Assembly (NCBI GenBank): GCA_013297885.1
Contig: JAAFIR010000005.1
Location: forward strand, 46,507 to 110,506
Reading direction: 5' to 3'
DNA: 64,000 bases
From: Leptospirales bacterium
GTDB lineage: Bacteria > Spirochaetota > Leptospiria > Leptospirales > Leptospiraceae
Under the pieces are notes generated by a model, which was given only the letters and a program-made list of their open reading frames with translations, did not search any database and was not told the DNA's origin. Position numbers and translations under genes: made by a program. Numbering within the stretch: the stretch's first letter is position 1; every line of letters begins with the position of its first letter. This document shows, piece after piece, positions 61,970 to 64,000 of the stretch.

Positions 61970-62554
61970 ATGGAAGCAAAACTAGCTATTTTTCCCTTAC
62001 CAAACGTTATTCTATTTCCCGGAACTTTTCTTCCACTACATATTTTTGAACCAAGATATAGAATGATGATTGATTATACTTTAGAATGTGATAAAGAACT
62101 TGGAATCACATCTATAAATAATAAATCTGAAATTGAATCTATTTTTGGTTGGGGAAAAATTATTAAATATGAACCATTTCCAGATGGACGTTCCAACATT
62201 TTATTAGAAGGTGCTGGACTTGCTAGAATAATTGATTTTGATTCCACAGATCCATTTATTATTTCTAATGTTGAAAAAATTTCAAATATGTATTCTCATT
62301 TAAAAACCGAAGAATATAAAGAATTAGTAAATGAACTATTTAACGAAATATCACTTTATTTAAAAAAATTAAACTTAGAAGATGCATTTTTTGAAGAAGT
62401 TGAAAAATTAAAAACTCACCCTTTCCCTTCAGAATTTGTAGCTTCAATTTTAAAAATTTCTTATGCAGAAAAACAAGATATATTGCTTAGTTTTGATCCA
62501 TTTGTAAAAATAAAAAAAGTTTTGCTTATGTTAAAAAAAATAAATGGGATTTAA
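61970..62554 (+). CDS. LON N-terminal (substrate-binding) domain protein
   Basis: LAIFPLPNVILFPGTFLPLHIFEPRYRMM is the classic LON_substr_bdg start. 194 aa, stand-alone. Confidence 0.8.
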   Translation: MEAKLAIFPLPNVILFPGTFLPLHIFEPRYRMMIDYTLECDKELGITSINNKSEIESIFGWGKIIKYEPFPDGRSNILLEGAGLARIIDFDSTDPFIISNVEKISNMYSHLKTEEYKELVNELFNEISLYLKKLNLEDAFFEEVEKLKTHPFPSEFVASILKISYAEKQDILLSFDPFVKIKKVLLMLKKINGI

Positions 62555-62579
62555 GCTAATTTCTTATTTTTAAATAAAA

Positions 62580-62822
62580 AGCAATGGCGATGTCTCATGA
62601 AAAGAAAAAAATTTTTCATGAGACCCGAGCTTCAAAATGCTTGGTCGCTTTGCGACTCGCTTCGCGACATTTTAAATCTCTATCGCTTAAGTGTACCAGT
62701 TAAACTTAGAAAATACTCATAACACAAATCATAATCTGGAGATTCTTCGCGAAAACGATTGAAGCGGAAATCCTTTTGCATTCTATTTTGCAAAAGATTG
62801 TAGCGTAAAGCGTGTTTTTTCC
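62580..62822. repeat. composite GC-rich repeat cluster: palindromic module (gtctcatgaaaa/ttttcatgagac; gtcgctttgcgac) + family 1 copy C (62746-62822)
   Basis: 62622-62656 is the reverse complement of 46240-46275. 62751-62815 matches the family-1 core gattgaagcggaaatcctttt ... aaaagattgtagcgtaaagc. Confidence 0.6.
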
Positions 62823-62939
62823 TTTTAATCAAATAAAATGAAAATGAAAATTGTTAAATTCTAATTTTGTAATGCTATGAAATTTTTCATTTTAATAGCA
62901 AAGAAAGATTAGGAAAAATTCGTCCAAATTTTTTTAAAT

Positions 62940-63878
62940 TTACTTTGATTTAAATATATAAATTCCTTTTTCATCTAAAAAAACTTCTTGTAAAATATAT
63001 TCTGGAGTATGTTTTAATTTTTCTAAAAATTGATTTAGATTTTGTAAAAACTTTTTTTTATTTTTTTTCTCTATATAAATTAAAACAGATGGTCCAGAAC
63101 CGGATAAAGTAAAAGCTCCACCAAGAGTTGGAATTATAGAATAAATTTCTTTTAAAAATGAAACTGAATTCATTCTATAAGGTGTATGGATTTTATCTTC
63201 AACTGCTAATTTTAAATCTTCAAACTTTTTAGATTGTAGAAACTGAAACCAAGTTCCAATTCTAGACATATTAAAAATCACATCTGAAGTTGTATAAGCT
63301 ACAGGAAGCTTTTTTCTAGATTCATTTGTTGAAATTTCAATTTCAGGAATTAAAATAAACATAGAAATATTTTTTGGAAATTTATAATTAAAAAATCTTA
63401 ATTTATTTTTTTCAAAAAAGGCAAAGATAAGTCCACCAAGATAAGCAGGAGTAGAATTATCAGGATGACCTTCAATCATTGCTAGTTCATATAAAATTTT
63501 TTCAAGACTAGGAATTTTTATTTTTTTTGAAAATTTTTTTTTATGTATAAAATTTCCAATTGCAAAACCACTTGTTAAGGCTGAAGCGGATGAACCAAGT
63601 CCACCTTTAAATGGCAGATGTAAATCCATTTTAACATCATAAGGAATTATTTTTTCATTTGGTAAAAATTTTTCAAAATAAGTCTTGTAACCAAATAATA
63701 ATAAATCATCTTTTTCATTAAAAGGAAGTTTTGTATTATCAATTCGTAAAGTAGAAAAACATGCTTTATCATGAAAATGAAAATGAAATAAATTATAAAT
63801 ATTTAAAGCCATACCCATCAAATCAAAACCCGGACCAAGATTTGCAGAAGTTGCAGGAACTCTTATTGAAACTTTCAT
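62940..63878 (-). CDS. thrB: homoserine kinase (GHMP kinase)
   Basis: MKVSIRVPATSANLGPGFD N-terminus and GHMP motif (PFKGGLGSSASA). The conserved start is most likely the internal Met at 63878 rather than the ORF-track TTG at 63914. Confidence 0.75.
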   Translation of the reverse strand: MKVSIRVPATSANLGPGFDLMGMALNIYNLFHFHFHDKACFSTLRIDNTKLPFNEKDDLLLFGYKTYFEKFLPNEKIIPYDVKMDLHLPFKGGLGSSASALTSGFAIGNFIHKKKFSKKIKIPSLEKILYELAMIEGHPDNSTPAYLGGLIFAFFEKNKLRFFNYKFPKNISMFILIPEIEISTNESRKKLPVAYTTSDVIFNMSRIGTWFQFLQSKKFEDLKLAVEDKIHTPYRMNSVSFLKEIYSIIPTLGGAFTLSGSGPSVLIYIEKKNKKKFLQNLNQFLEKLKHTPEYILQEVFLDEKGIYIFKSK

Positions 63879-64000
63879 TTTAACTTGATCCAATCCATAA
63901 TTTTTAAATAACAAGTCTGATAAATTTCAGGAATGAGTTTTATTTCATCACTTGAAAATTTGTTTAAAACATAATCTGGCACAAATGAATTATCAATTGG
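63875..64000 (-). CDS. 3' end of an upstream gene (partial, runs off window); stop overlaps thrB ATG (ATGA)
   Basis: Open frame ...PIDNSFVPDYVLNKFSSDEIKLIPEIYQTCYLKIMDWIKLK* ending in TGA at 63875-63877. Confidence 0.3.
   Translation of the reverse strand, partial: PIDNSFVPDYVLNKFSSDEIKLIPEIYQTCYLKIMDWIKLK

Noticed and set aside
63878-63914. ORF-track N-terminal extension of thrB (MLFKNYGLDQVK...).
   Set aside because: The conserved ThrB N-terminus begins at MKVSIRVPATSANLGPGFD. The extension overlaps the 3' end of the upstream gene, whose TGA overlaps that internal ATG (ATGA coupling).

Overview
AT-rich (~30% GC) bacterial chromosomal segment that is densely coding and mostly housekeeping, with several accessory and decayed elements. 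Housekeeping genes: gyrA, tyrS, hemB, ychF, rsmI, prmA, ugd, recJ, thrB, a thiolase and an acyl-CoA ligase. The gene content suggests a motile, possibly spirochete (Leptospiraceae-like) organism, but taxonomy is uncertain. The supporting content is: a 2110-aa alpha-2-macroglobulin; three SpoIIE/PP2C-type signalling phosphatases, one of them 7TMR-DISM-linked; FlgM, an MCP and a bactofilin; and LxxC lipoboxes such as LVNC and LILNC. One tRNA-Asp(GTC) is present; no rRNA, CRISPR array, transposase or integrase gene was seen. Accessory or decayed features: (1) a VapC-like PIN toxin with a small upstream partner; (2) a BrnT toxin pseudogene with at least two frameshifts, directly upstream of an intact BrnA antitoxin; (3) an SPFH/band-7 protein translationally coupled to a frameshifted PPP-family phosphoesterase; (4) a small-ORF plus minimal nucleotidyltransferase module bracketed by ~120-bp direct repeats that contain a 3' gene fragment; (5) a 25-nt duplication of the tRNA-Asp 3' end flanking a 151-bp GC-rich insert; (6) several families of GC-rich, palindrome-rich mosaic intergenic repeats and a 12-bp terminal-inverted-repeat element present in three copies; (7) an apparent operon of recJ, an HDAC-family deacetylase, a hypothetical protein and a response regulator whose PP2C-like output domain has lost its catalytic aspartates; (8) a 21-bp-phased direct repeat in the promoter region of a LytTR response-regulator operon. 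No single obviously novel multi-gene defence system is evident; the most intriguing candidates are items 3, 4 and 7.
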